A DNA stretch of 64,000 bases from a bacterium (lineage in GTDB: Bacteria > Cyanobacteriota > Vampirovibrionia > Gastranaerophilales > JBAXKC01). A program made the translations under genes and the position numbers. Shown in pieces: positions 39,904 to 49,098 of this stretch (positions are counted from its first letter, which is position 1; each line of letters starts with the position of its first letter). The notes beneath the pieces are model-generated. The model saw only the letters and a program-made list of their open reading frames with translations, was not told the origin of the DNA and made no database searches. The stretch is from assembly GCA_037137535.1 (NCBI GenBank), contig JBAXKC010000001.1, positions 128,001-192,000 on the forward strand, in the 5' to 3' direction.

Positions 39904-40534
39904 TTATAATTCTTCATCAGGGAGCAAAATCTTGCCTTCTGCCAAAGCTTCATTAAAAATATTTTTCATTTCATTAGAAATATCTATACCTGCAAGACAA
40001 TGCATATAAAACGATGAGGGATTTGTATTTATTATTTTGCAAAACTCTGCTTTTATTTTTCTCTCTGATTCGAATCTTTTAATCCGTTCCATGTTTCGGG
40101 AGCCCATAGAGGTAAGCACTTAAAAGTAATCTGATCCAGCGGATTATTTTTATTATAATTCTCGATTAAATCTATTTCTTTGTTAATATATTTGATTTTT
40201 TTAGGATCGACAAAACTAATAATTGTCTTAACTTTTTTATTCACTATATAACGAAATTTATCAGTATTAACAATACATTCCCCTTTATATAAAAAGCTGG
40301 GAGCTATTTCTTCAAAATTTTCAGGTTTTTGAATACCTGCGGCTGTAAAATTTGTCTTTATATTAATATTTTTAGCATTTATTAATAACCACTCGAAAAT
40401 AATGACTTGTCTTCATCAATACTTTGGAATTTTGAATTTTTATCAAACTCTATAGTCTTTACCTCTGCTTTTATAGGATTCTTTTTAGTATTTGTTAAAA
40501 CCGGCAAATTATTGTGATTTTTAATATTTAGCAT
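39904..40534 (-). pseudogene. Frameshifted tandem paralog of 39213..39860
   Basis: AGGAG RBS and MLNIKN start; stop at 40382-40384; resumes in another frame (LINAKNINIKTNFTAAGIQKPE); second shift near 40055; ends EGKILLPDEEL. Confidence 0.88.
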
Positions 40535-40587
40535 AACTCTCTCCTTCTTTGGTCATATTAAAGTGGCTAAATATTAAATTTGATACG

Positions 40588-40629
40588 AAAAACCTCTACA
40601 ATTAGAAAAATTCTTCTTGTAGAGGTTTT
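40588..40629. terminator. Terminator after ppdK
   Basis: AAAACCTCTACAA..TTGTAGAGGTTTT. Confidence 0.85.
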
Positions 40630-40655
40630 ACTTATATTTATAAAATTAAACGAAA

Positions 40656-43340
40656 TTAGTGTAAAATAACTTTCCCTTTACCTTTTTCCTCAAGAACTGC
40701 ATGAGCCGCGGCTAAAATAGCAATAGGAACTCTAAAAGGAGAACAGCTTACATAGTTCAAACCTATACTATGGCAAAATCTTATGCTCATAGGTTCTCCG
40801 CCATGTTCGCCACAGATTCCAAGTTTTATATATGGTTTTTTAGAACGTCCTTTTTCTATGGCAATTTTCATTAGTTCGCCGACTCCTTCTTTGTCTAACG
40901 TTTCAAAAGGATTTTCGAGCAATATTTTCTTATCCACATAAGCACCGAGAAATTTAGCTTCAGCATCATCTCTGCTAAATCCAAAAGTCATTTGTGTAAG
41001 GTCATTTGTCCCAAAGCTGAAAAATTCAGCATATTCGGCAATTTGATCAGCAGTTATAGCCGCTCTTGGTATTTCAATCATAGTACCGAATTGGTAATCT
41101 AACTGAATATTTTTTTCATACATAACTTGTTTAGCCACCAGTTCTAATTGAGTTCTTGCAGCTTTTAGCTCGTTAGCATGCCCGACAAGCGGTATCATAA
41201 CTTCAGGATGAACATCTATTCCCTCAAGTTTAAGGTCACAAGCTGCTTCAAAGATAGCTCTCACCTGCATTTCATTTATTTCAGGATAAATAAGCCCTAA
41301 TCTACAGCCTCTAAGACCCATCATAGGATTAGATTCCTTAAGCTCCGAAATTTTATGAAGAAGCTGTTCTTTTTCATTAAGCAGTTCGGGATTATCCCCT
41401 TTAACTCTTAATGTAATAACTTCTGTCAAAATCTCTTCATAATTCGGTAAAAATTCATGCAAAGGTGGATCTAAAAGACGAATGGTAACGGGTTTATCCC
41501 TCATTGCCTTAAATATTCCTTTAAAATCGGTATATTGCATAGGAAGTAGTTTTTCAAGAGCTTCTTTTCTAGATTCAGGAGTTCCTGCAATAATCATTTG
41601 CTGAACAACAGGAAGTCTATCTTGAGCCATGAACATATGCTCTGTTCTGCAAAGGCCAACACCTTGAGCCCCATACAATAATGCTCTTGCTGCATCTTCA
41701 GGGGTGTCGGCATTAGCTCTAACTTCCAAACGCTTAACATCACCTGCCCAACGCAGAAGTCTAAGAAAATCATCGCCTAACTCAGGCTCAACTGTATTAA
41801 TAACACCTTCATAAACTTCGCCTAAAGCTCCATCAATAGAAACTATATCACCTTTATTAAAAGTTTTGCCTCCGGCAATAAGAGTTTCATTTGTCAAATC
41901 AACTTTTACTGATTCGCAGCCTGCCACACATGGTTTGCCCATTCCTCTAGCTACAACAGCAGCATGACTTGTCATTCCACCTCTTGTAGTAAGAACGCCC
42001 TGAGCTGTTATCATTCCATGTATGTCATCCGGACAAGTTTCTATCCTTGTAAGAATAATTTTTTCACCTTGTTTTGCACGTTCTTCTGCTTCATCGGGAT
42101 TAAAAACAATCACTCCAGTTGCAGCACCAGGTGAAGCGTTAAGACCTGTTGCAAGAAGTCGTCCTTCTTTTTTTGCAGCTTCTTTCGCCTTTAAATCAAA
42201 GCTTGGCAATAATAATTGAATAAGCTGTTCAGGATCAATAAGCTGTAATGCCCTTTCTTTAGTAATAATACCTTCTTTCTGAAGGTCAATGGCTATTCTT
42301 AACGCAGCTCTAGCCGTTCTTTTTCCTGCACGAGTCTGCAATACATATAACTTGCCACGTTCAATTGTAAACTCCATATCTTGAATATCTTGATAATGTC
42401 TTTCAAGCTTTTTAGCAATAGACACATATTGTTTGTACTGCTCGGGCATTTCTTTCGCAAGTTCTGTGATAGGTTTAGGCGTTCTAATCCCTGCAACAAC
42501 GTCTTCACCTTGAGCATTTACCAAATATTCACCATAGAATACATTTTCACCTGTTGAAGGATTTCTGGTAAAGGAAACGCCTGTTGCGGAATCATTTCCC
42601 ATATTTCCAAAAACCATAGCCTGAACATTAACAGCTGTTCCCAATCTATGATCAATTTTATAATGATTTCGATATGAGATAGCTCGTGGAATATTCCATG
42701 ATTTAAACACCGCTTCAATAGCAAGCTGTAGTTGCAATAAAGGATCTTGCGGAAAATCTTTTCCCGTTTCTTTCTGAATAATTTCTTTAAAAGCAAGAAC
42801 AACTTCTTTTAAAGCCTCTCTAACTAGCTCGGTATCTAAATTAACGCTATATTTTTGCTTTATTTCATCAAGTTTACAGTCAAATTTATCTTTATTAATA
42901 TGCAATACTACACAGCCAAACATTTGCAGAAAACGTCTATAACTGTCGTATGCAAATCTTTCATTATTTGTTTGAGCAATCAAGCCTTGAATCGTATTAT
43001 CATTTAAGCCTAAATTTAAAATTGTTTCCATCATGCCGGGCATACTTAATTTTGCCCCTGAACGAACAGAAATAAGCAGTGGATTTTTATAATCTCCAAA
43101 TACTTTTCCTGTTTCCTCTTCCACCTTTTGAAGAGCGGATTTTACATCGTCCATAATACCATAAGGCATTCTATTTGAATGGTTGATATAATCCATACAC
43201 GTTTGAGTTGTAATGGTAAAACCAGGAGGAACAGGCAGCCCTGCCCTTGTCATTTCAGCCAGATTTGCCCCCTTACCTCCAAGCAAATCTTTCATTTCCG
43301 CATTGCCTTCTCTGAATAAATAAACTCTTTGAAGTGCCAT
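40656..43340 (-). CDS. ppdK: Pyruvate, phosphate dikinase
   Basis: LLGGKGANLAEM, SVRSGA, GGMTSHAAVVARG, GLCRTEHMF, GICGEHGG. Confidence 0.98.
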   Translation of the reverse strand: MALQRVYLFREGNAEMKDLLGGKGANLAEMTRAGLPVPPGFTITTQTCMDYINHSNRMPYGIMDDVKSALQKVEEETGKVFGDYKNPLLISVRSGAKLSMPGMMETILNLGLNDNTIQGLIAQTNNERFAYDSYRRFLQMFGCVVLHINKDKFDCKLDEIKQKYSVNLDTELVREALKEVVLAFKEIIQKETGKDFPQDPLLQLQLAIEAVFKSWNIPRAISYRNHYKIDHRLGTAVNVQAMVFGNMGNDSATGVSFTRNPSTGENVFYGEYLVNAQGEDVVAGIRTPKPITELAKEMPEQYKQYVSIAKKLERHYQDIQDMEFTIERGKLYVLQTRAGKRTARAALRIAIDLQKEGIITKERALQLIDPEQLIQLLLPSFDLKAKEAAKKEGRLLATGLNASPGAATGVIVFNPDEAEERAKQGEKIILTRIETCPDDIHGMITAQGVLTTRGGMTSHAAVVARGMGKPCVAGCESVKVDLTNETLIAGGKTFNKGDIVSIDGALGEVYEGVINTVEPELGDDFLRLLRWAGDVKRLEVRANADTPEDAARALLYGAQGVGLCRTEHMFMAQDRLPVVQQMIIAGTPESRKEALEKLLPMQYTDFKGIFKAMRDKPVTIRLLDPPLHEFLPNYEEILTEVITLRVKGDNPELLNEKEQLLHKISELKESNPMMGLRGCRLGLIYPEINEMQVRAIFEAACDLKLEGIDVHPEVMIPLVGHANELKAARTQLELVAKQVMYEKNIQLDYQFGTMIEIPRAAITADQIAEYAEFFSFGTNDLTQMTFGFSRDDAEAKFLGAYVDKKILLENPFETLDKEGVGELMKIAIEKGRSKKPYIKLGICGEHGGEPMSIRFCHSIGLNYVSCSPFRVPIAILAAAHAVLEEKGKGKVILH

Positions 43341-43445
43341 AATCTAAAACTCCCTAAAATAAAATATTTCAATAATTTATACCACTATCGCAGTATAAAT
43401 TTATTCATCTTAGGACTAAAACATATAGACTAATATCCCCTATGC

Positions 43446-44084
43446 CTATTGAGCGAGTCTTTTTTTCAAATCTTTTAATTTCTGCATTTCAGAAGAAGAC
43501 AGCTCATTTGCATTACCTAAAACCTTTGTCCATAAGACGGTTTCAGCAAACATTTCAAGTGTTTCTACTACATAATAAGCATCTAATAAGTTTTTATTAC
43601 CTATAACAACTCCATGATTGGCCATTAAGACAACATCATTTTCTAAGAATTTTTCAGAAACAAAATCCGCTAACTCTTGTGATGATGGCATAGCATAACT
43701 TGCCACAGGAATAGAGCCAAGTGAAAGAACTCCTTCAGCAAGTACAGGCATATTCAAAGCCCTCCCTGCAATAGCAAAAGCCGTTGACTTAGGACAATGG
43801 GCATGAATTATACAACTTAGATCAGGTCGTTTTCTGTAAATTTCTAAATGCATATTTCTTTCAGAAGAAGGGGGCTTTCCACCTTCAAATTCGCCTGTTT
43901 CTATATTGATAATTGGAATTAAAGACGGTGTAACATCCCCAAGATTATATCCAGATGGAGTTATAAGCATATAATCATCTATTTGCACAGAAATATTACC
44001 TGATTTACCTGGGACAAATCCCTTATCATAAAGCCTTTTACCTATTTCACATATTTGCTGCTTTATAACTTCAAAATCTTTCAT
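43446..44084 (-). CDS. Class II aldolase/adducin family protein (FucA-like)
   Basis: SGNIS, ITPSG, PSSE..H, HAH, MANHG. Confidence 0.92.
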   Translation of the reverse strand: MKDFEVIKQQICEIGKRLYDKGFVPGKSGNISVQIDDYMLITPSGYNLGDVTPSLIPIINIETGEFEGGKPPSSERNMHLEIYRKRPDLSCIIHAHCPKSTAFAIAGRALNMPVLAEGVLSLGSIPVASYAMPSSQELADFVSEKFLENDVVLMANHGVVIGNKNLLDAYYVVETLEMFAETVLWTKVLGNANELSSSEMQKLKDLKKRLAQ

Positions 44085-44166
44085 ATTTCCCCTGCTATAT
44101 TTTTTAAAACAATAACAATATTTTATACAAAAACATTCTTAGAGATAAGGGTAATTTAAACTATTT

Positions 44167-45045
44167 TCATTTAATCTTTAAAAACGGACTAATTTTTCCG
44201 TCTAAAATTCCTATGTTTATAACTTTTTTGTCTTTAGAAGCCGTAACAATTACATTATTATAAATATAAAAATCATATTTCTGTTTTTTCTCTACAGAAA
44301 ATTGCTGACCTTTCAAAGCTATAATGTTATCAGAGCGAACACTTGTGAAAGGAGTAATCCCTGCCCAACTTAACAGCCCTCCACTAAATTTAAGATAAAG
44401 CTGTTTTACAGATGGAGTCAAAATCAAGTTTCCACTTATTCTATACTCAGAATTATTCAATTGAGAAGAATAAGGCTCAATAGCAGGATATAAAAGCCTA
44501 AAATCACTTTCAACAGTTTTTCCTACCTCAATATTTTCGGGATTAATCCTAACATTATCAGATTTTAAAAAAGTTGCTTTGTTTTTTAACGACTGGTAAG
44601 GCAAACCAAATAAATTCAGATTAACAAAATATTCCTCTCCTTTAGGAGCTGAAAAACTGAAATTCCCGTACTCATAATAATCAAAATCTCTGCTATATTG
44701 AGTATTTATACCGTTAGGATTACCATAAAGCCTAATCATATCTGCTTTTGATATATTATTAAGAAAGTCAAATTCAATCCAGTCCATTTTATTATTTACA
44801 AAACCGACTCTTATTTTTTGAAACTCACTTTCACCACTTGTATTAAAAACAATATTTTGTCCTGATGGAGGAGGTGCTTTGAATTTTGTTAATAATTCAA
44901 ACTCCTTTACAGTAGTTTTTCCAAAATTAATTTTTTCTAATCTATATTTTTCTAATTCATAAAGTTGCGGAACATTATCAGGAAATTTACATCCCAAAAT
45001 TAAAACTAGGAGGAAGAAAAAAGGCAAAAACCTATATTTTTTCAT
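44167..45045 (-). CDS. Hypothetical lipoprotein
   Basis: Lipobox-like LILGC after a hydrophobic stretch. Confidence 0.7.
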   Translation of the reverse strand: MKKYRFLPFFFLLVLILGCKFPDNVPQLYELEKYRLEKINFGKTTVKEFELLTKFKAPPPSGQNIVFNTSGESEFQKIRVGFVNNKMDWIEFDFLNNISKADMIRLYGNPNGINTQYSRDFDYYEYGNFSFSAPKGEEYFVNLNLFGLPYQSLKNKATFLKSDNVRINPENIEVGKTVESDFRLLYPAIEPYSSQLNNSEYRISGNLILTPSVKQLYLKFSGGLLSWAGITPFTSVRSDNIIALKGQQFSVEKKQKYDFYIYNNVIVTASKDKKVINIGILDGKISPFLKIK

Positions 45046-46070
45046 TGTTTATTTTTCCTCGATACTAAATCCGCAAACGCTTCGATTCTTGTTTTTATCA
45101 TTTCATCATTATCATGAACATCTGTTATTATCTGTAAAAATGGAATATCAAAATAATTCAATACATTTAAAACCTGTAATTTAACAGCATCATTAGGATT
45201 ACAACCAAAGGGAGAAATGAAAACAACTCCATCATATCGCATTCTTACATACTTTTCTAACTTTTTTAACTCATAATCAGTATAAACACCATAATTATTA
45301 TGAAAATACTCTTTCAAACTAAATGAATTTTTGCTTTTTCTTTTTATATATTTATTTTTTAACCACTTATCAACATATATGCCACAATACCCAAGTTTTT
45401 TATCTATATCTCTTATAGCAAAACTTTCCATTAACGAATAAGTATCGCCCATTATACCTATTAAAGCAGACGAATTCTCTTTTAATAACAATTTTTCTTT
45501 TTGAAATTCTTTTGAGAGATTTACACGTTCAAATGAAATTATTTTATTTTTTAATTCTGAATATTTCTGTTCTAATTCATACTTATTTTTTGCAGTTGCT
45601 CTTAACATACAAAACAATCGGTCTAAATCTTCCAACTGTTTAAGAACCTTAAAGCCTTTTATCATAGACTTAATTATACTTAGAGAATTAATCGAAGTTA
45701 TGACTTTTAATAAATTATACCAATCACGCAAAAAATTAATTTTATTTTTTATATCAATTGAAAAAGTAGTAGGATACCAATCAAAATCTTTAAATACATC
45801 AAGAAAAACATCTTTTGAAGGAGTTAATGAACATAAATCACAGCCTGAATAAAAAACAGCATAATCCGGTTTAATAGGTGCGACTGATAAAAAATCACCT
45901 AAAATCAACTTCAACGGAAAACATAATTCAGATTTTAAATTATTTTCCCCAAGTTTTGAATTTATAACATTTAGAGGCTGAACAATCTCCGCATCAAACC
46001 CCAAAAGTTTAAATGAAGCAGAAATAGCATAAGACACAGACCCTAAATTGGCTAAAGCGATTTTTTTCAT
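45042..46070 (-). CDS. 2-hydroxyacyl-CoA dehydratase-related protein
   Basis: LCFPLKLILGD, YDGVVFISPFGC, TRIEAFADL. Confidence 0.75.
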   Translation of the reverse strand: MKKIALANLGSVSYAISASFKLLGFDAEIVQPLNVINSKLGENNLKSELCFPLKLILGDFLSVAPIKPDYAVFYSGCDLCSLTPSKDVFLDVFKDFDWYPTTFSIDIKNKINFLRDWYNLLKVITSINSLSIIKSMIKGFKVLKQLEDLDRLFCMLRATAKNKYELEQKYSELKNKIISFERVNLSKEFQKEKLLLKENSSALIGIMGDTYSLMESFAIRDIDKKLGYCGIYVDKWLKNKYIKRKSKNSFSLKEYFHNNYGVYTDYELKKLEKYVRMRYDGVVFISPFGCNPNDAVKLQVLNVLNYFDIPFLQIITDVHDNDEMIKTRIEAFADLVSRKNKQ

Positions 46071-46302
46071 AGTAATTCCAAATATTCAGATACTTAATCA
46101 ATAACAAAAATAAAGCCCACGAACAAGTCGAAGGCTATAAAAGCGAGTAGCAAGTAGATTTAGAAGAGTTGAGGATTTACCCTTTAATCATATTTGTTTT
46201 TGGCTTAAATTTTATTCGCTTTTAGCAGTATTTTTAATGCAGTAATAAAAGGTAATTTTATTTAATTATATTTAGTAAAAATTACCTTTTATATCAATCA
46301 AA

Positions 46303-46382
46303 CTAAAGACTTTATCGACTGATTTTTACTTTTCCAAAAAATTAAAAATCAGCAAATTCTTTAGAAAAGAAGCAAATCGCTC
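46303..46382. repeat. Dispersed structured non-coding element, copy 2
   Basis: Matches 28785-28863; internal stem CTGATTTTTA/TAAAAATCAG. Confidence 0.6.
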
Positions 46383-46389
46383 TTGTGGC

Positions 46390-46479
46390 TTATTCTATTC
46401 CTTCAGGTTTAGTCCAATTACTTTCTAGTTTTTTTACATTTAGTTTAAAGCTAGTGCTAGATACAGCTGTCTCACTCAT
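46390..46479 (-). CDS. Candidate 29-aa small protein MSETAVSSTSFKLNVKKLESNWTKPEGIE
   Basis: AGGAG RBS 9 nt before ATG; co-oriented with neighbours. Confidence 0.45.
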   Translation of the reverse strand: MSETAVSSTSFKLNVKKLESNWTKPEGIE

Positions 46480-46538
46480 TTATTTTTTCTCCTATTTATA
46501 AACAACCTTGATTTTTCATAATTAATATAATTTTTTAA

Positions 46539-47135
46539 TTACTGATTAATGTGGTTTTCAATTATTAATTTAATTTTTTCTAAATCTTTTATTCCAGAAA
46601 AGATCTTTTTATTAGAGCCATCTTTAAAAGTCAAATAAATCAGATGTGCACTACCATAAACTTTTTTTGGCAATTCAATAGTTTTAATATCTGTATATGG
46701 TGTTACTAATATGTTTTTTTGTGTTTTAAAGAATTTAAAAGGAAAGCAAAATATTATTTTTTTATTGGTTAGAACTGTTTTAAGACAGCCTAAAAACAAG
46801 AAAAAAATTAAAGAAAGGAAGCTTACAACAACGAAAAAATACAAATTTTGTCGGTTTACAATATCAACTTCATTGATTCCTTTATAAATAAAAAAAGGTA
46901 GATTATATACACCAACATAACCACCAAACGATAATGGAGCCAAAAAGTTAAATAACCAACTAAACTTAGGTTCAAATATTATTACTTCATCTTGTTCTAA
47001 AGAATTATTAATTATTTGCAAAGCTTTTTTTCTACAAAAATGACTGTATAGATGATAAAGGAGGCAAAAAGTTATCGCAGAATAGAACCCTAATATATTT
47101 GGAATATTAATCACAGTTGATAATGTTTTAGGCAT
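46539..47135 (-). CDS. Hypothetical membrane protein (possible bacterial PH-like C-terminus)
   Basis: Hydrophobic segments; VLTNKKII..PYTDIKTIE pattern; AAGGA RBS. Confidence 0.7.
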   Translation of the reverse strand: MPKTLSTVINIPNILGFYSAITFCLLYHLYSHFCRKKALQIINNSLEQDEVIIFEPKFSWLFNFLAPLSFGGYVGVYNLPFFIYKGINEVDIVNRQNLYFFVVVSFLSLIFFLFLGCLKTVLTNKKIIFCFPFKFFKTQKNILVTPYTDIKTIELPKKVYGSAHLIYLTFKDGSNKKIFSGIKDLEKIKLIIENHINQ

Positions 47136-47511
47136 TTATTTATTTCCTTTATTCATATAAAACTTACCTTTCAAATTAAAACATCACCATAATAATAATA
47201 TTGACTTAATTGTAGCTAATATTTATAAAATAATGACTTTTATAATAAAAACCGATGATAGCTTTAAAAGAGTAATGATTCTGCGCATTTTGTCATAGCT
47301 TGTTTGAAATTACAAATGCGATTTAATGGAGAAATTAAGTATTATAGATACTTGTAGCTTTTATTAAAGGTGTAGGATTTCAGTTTAAGTTAATTTCTAT
47401 ATTTTGACCAAGACTTCATGATACAGCGACCAGAATTGAGTGATAGTTTACAACTCTGCTAATGTGCTTTAAAACTTCAATTATCAAAATATAAGTTGAA
47501 TTAATCTATAA

Positions 47512-47554
47512 AAAAACTCCGCCAACCTTAAAATAAGGAATTGGCGAAGTTTTT
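47512..47554. terminator. Terminator after the phosphomutase gene
   Basis: AAAAACTCCGCCAA..TTGGCGAAGTTTTT. Confidence 0.75.
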
Positions 47555-47568
47555 CAAGTTTTTTAAAA

Positions 47569-48996
47569 CTATAAAGAATTTACGTCTTGTTTAATACTGT
47601 TTACAAGTTTTTCAAGTTTTTCTTGTGAATCAGTTTCAAAGTAGATTCTTAAAAGTGGTTCTGTTCCGCTTGCACGAACTAAAATCCAGCTTTCGCCATC
47701 TTCCATAATAAACTTAACACCATCAAGTCTGTTAATGCTTTTTACTTTAATTCCGCCAACTTCTGAAGGTGGATTTTCTTTAAACATCTTCATAGCAGCT
47801 TCTTTTGTTTCTTCTGTTAAGTGAAGATCAATTCTATGGTTAATATAATGAGTTCCGATTTCGTTTTTTAAATCTTCAACAAGCTGTGAAAGCGGTTTAC
47901 CTTCATAAGCAACGGCTTCAAGGATTGAAAGATTAGCAAGAATACCGTCTTTTTCGGGAATATGTCCCCAAATGCTTAATCCGCCTGACTCTTCTCCGCC
48001 AACAATTACGTCTTCATTTCTCATTATTTGACCGACATATTTAAAGCCCACAGCTGTTTCATGAACTTTAATATCTCCATTCATTTTAGCAATTTTATCA
48101 ATCATTTGGCTTGTAGCAACTGTTTTTACAACAGAACCTTTTCTGCCTTTATTTTTGATAAGGTGCTTAAAGAGAATTGCAATAACTTCGTTAGGTGTAA
48201 CATATTTCCCTTTATCGTCAACAACACCAAATCTGTCAGCATCACCATCAGTTGAAAAACCAATAGAATCTTTATTTGCTTTAATTAATTCAATTAATTC
48301 ACCCAAAAACTCTTCTTTAGGCTCAGGCATACCGCCACCATAAAGAGGATCAACCCAGTTTTTAATTGTTGTTACATCAAAACCGTGTTCTTTTAAAATC
48401 CCGTCAAAATAGCCTCTTCCTGTTGAGAATAAAGGATCATAGAATACTTTAATGCCTGAAGATTTAATTTTATCAAAGTCAATAAGAGTATTTATCCATT
48501 TAAAATATTCAGGTTTTGGATCAAACTTTTCAGTTGTTCCTTTTTTCTCTGTAACAGCAATAACGCTCTCGTCATCTGCCTGAAGTTTTGCTACGTTTTC
48601 AACAATAACATCAGTAATATCAGGAGTTGCAGGACCTGCATAATCAGGAATATATTTAATTCCGCAATATTCAGGAGGATTATGACTAGCTGTAAACATT
48701 AAAGCACCTGCTGAATTTAAGTTTTTAGCAGCAAATGCAACAACAGGAGTAGGTGCATCCATTGATGTAAGTAAAACGTTAAATCCATGATTATTTAATA
48801 CGTCAGCAGCTCTTTGAGCAAATTTATCCGCTAAGAATCTTGTATCATAGCCAATAATAACAGGCTTAGATGAATCATACGCAGTTTTTATATAAGCAGC
48901 GATAGCTTTTGTAACGAGTTCCACATTGTCAAATGTAAACTGATCAGCAATAATTGCTCTCCAACCATCTGTTCCAAATTTGATCGGTTTTACCAT
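47569..48996 (-). CDS. Phosphoglucomutase/phosphomannomutase
   Basis: FGTDGWR, TASHNP, DGDADR, GEESGG, RASGTEP. Confidence 0.96.
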   Translation of the reverse strand: MVKPIKFGTDGWRAIIADQFTFDNVELVTKAIAAYIKTAYDSSKPVIIGYDTRFLADKFAQRAADVLNNHGFNVLLTSMDAPTPVVAFAAKNLNSAGALMFTASHNPPEYCGIKYIPDYAGPATPDITDVIVENVAKLQADDESVIAVTEKKGTTEKFDPKPEYFKWINTLIDFDKIKSSGIKVFYDPLFSTGRGYFDGILKEHGFDVTTIKNWVDPLYGGGMPEPKEEFLGELIELIKANKDSIGFSTDGDADRFGVVDDKGKYVTPNEVIAILFKHLIKNKGRKGSVVKTVATSQMIDKIAKMNGDIKVHETAVGFKYVGQIMRNEDVIVGGEESGGLSIWGHIPEKDGILANLSILEAVAYEGKPLSQLVEDLKNEIGTHYINHRIDLHLTEETKEAAMKMFKENPPSEVGGIKVKSINRLDGVKFIMEDGESWILVRASGTEPLLRIYFETDSQEKLEKLVNSIKQDVNSL

Positions 48997-49055
48997 TTTT
49001 GTCCCTCACTTATAAATTTTATTTTATATAACATAGAAAATAATACTAAATAAAT

Positions 49056-49089
49056 ATCCCGTTACAACCTATAAAAGGTTTAACGGGAT
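49056..49089. terminator. Hairpin/terminator after the 529-aa gene
   Basis: ATCCCGTTA..TAACGGGAT. Confidence 0.65.
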
Positions 49090-49098
49090 GTCTATAAT

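Noticed and set aside
46113-46136. Hairpin resembling an IS200/IS605-type end
   Set aside because: No tnpA/tnpB remnant nearby; adequately explained as a terminator
46178-46192. Possible Leu-rich attenuator leader before the terminator-like hairpin
   Set aside because: The ATG reads only MIKG-stop; the Leu codons are in another frame with no start
47160-47500. About 340 nt intergenic gap, possible gene remnant or sigma28 promoter
   Set aside because: No convincing ORF, repeat or correctly spaced promoter found by eye
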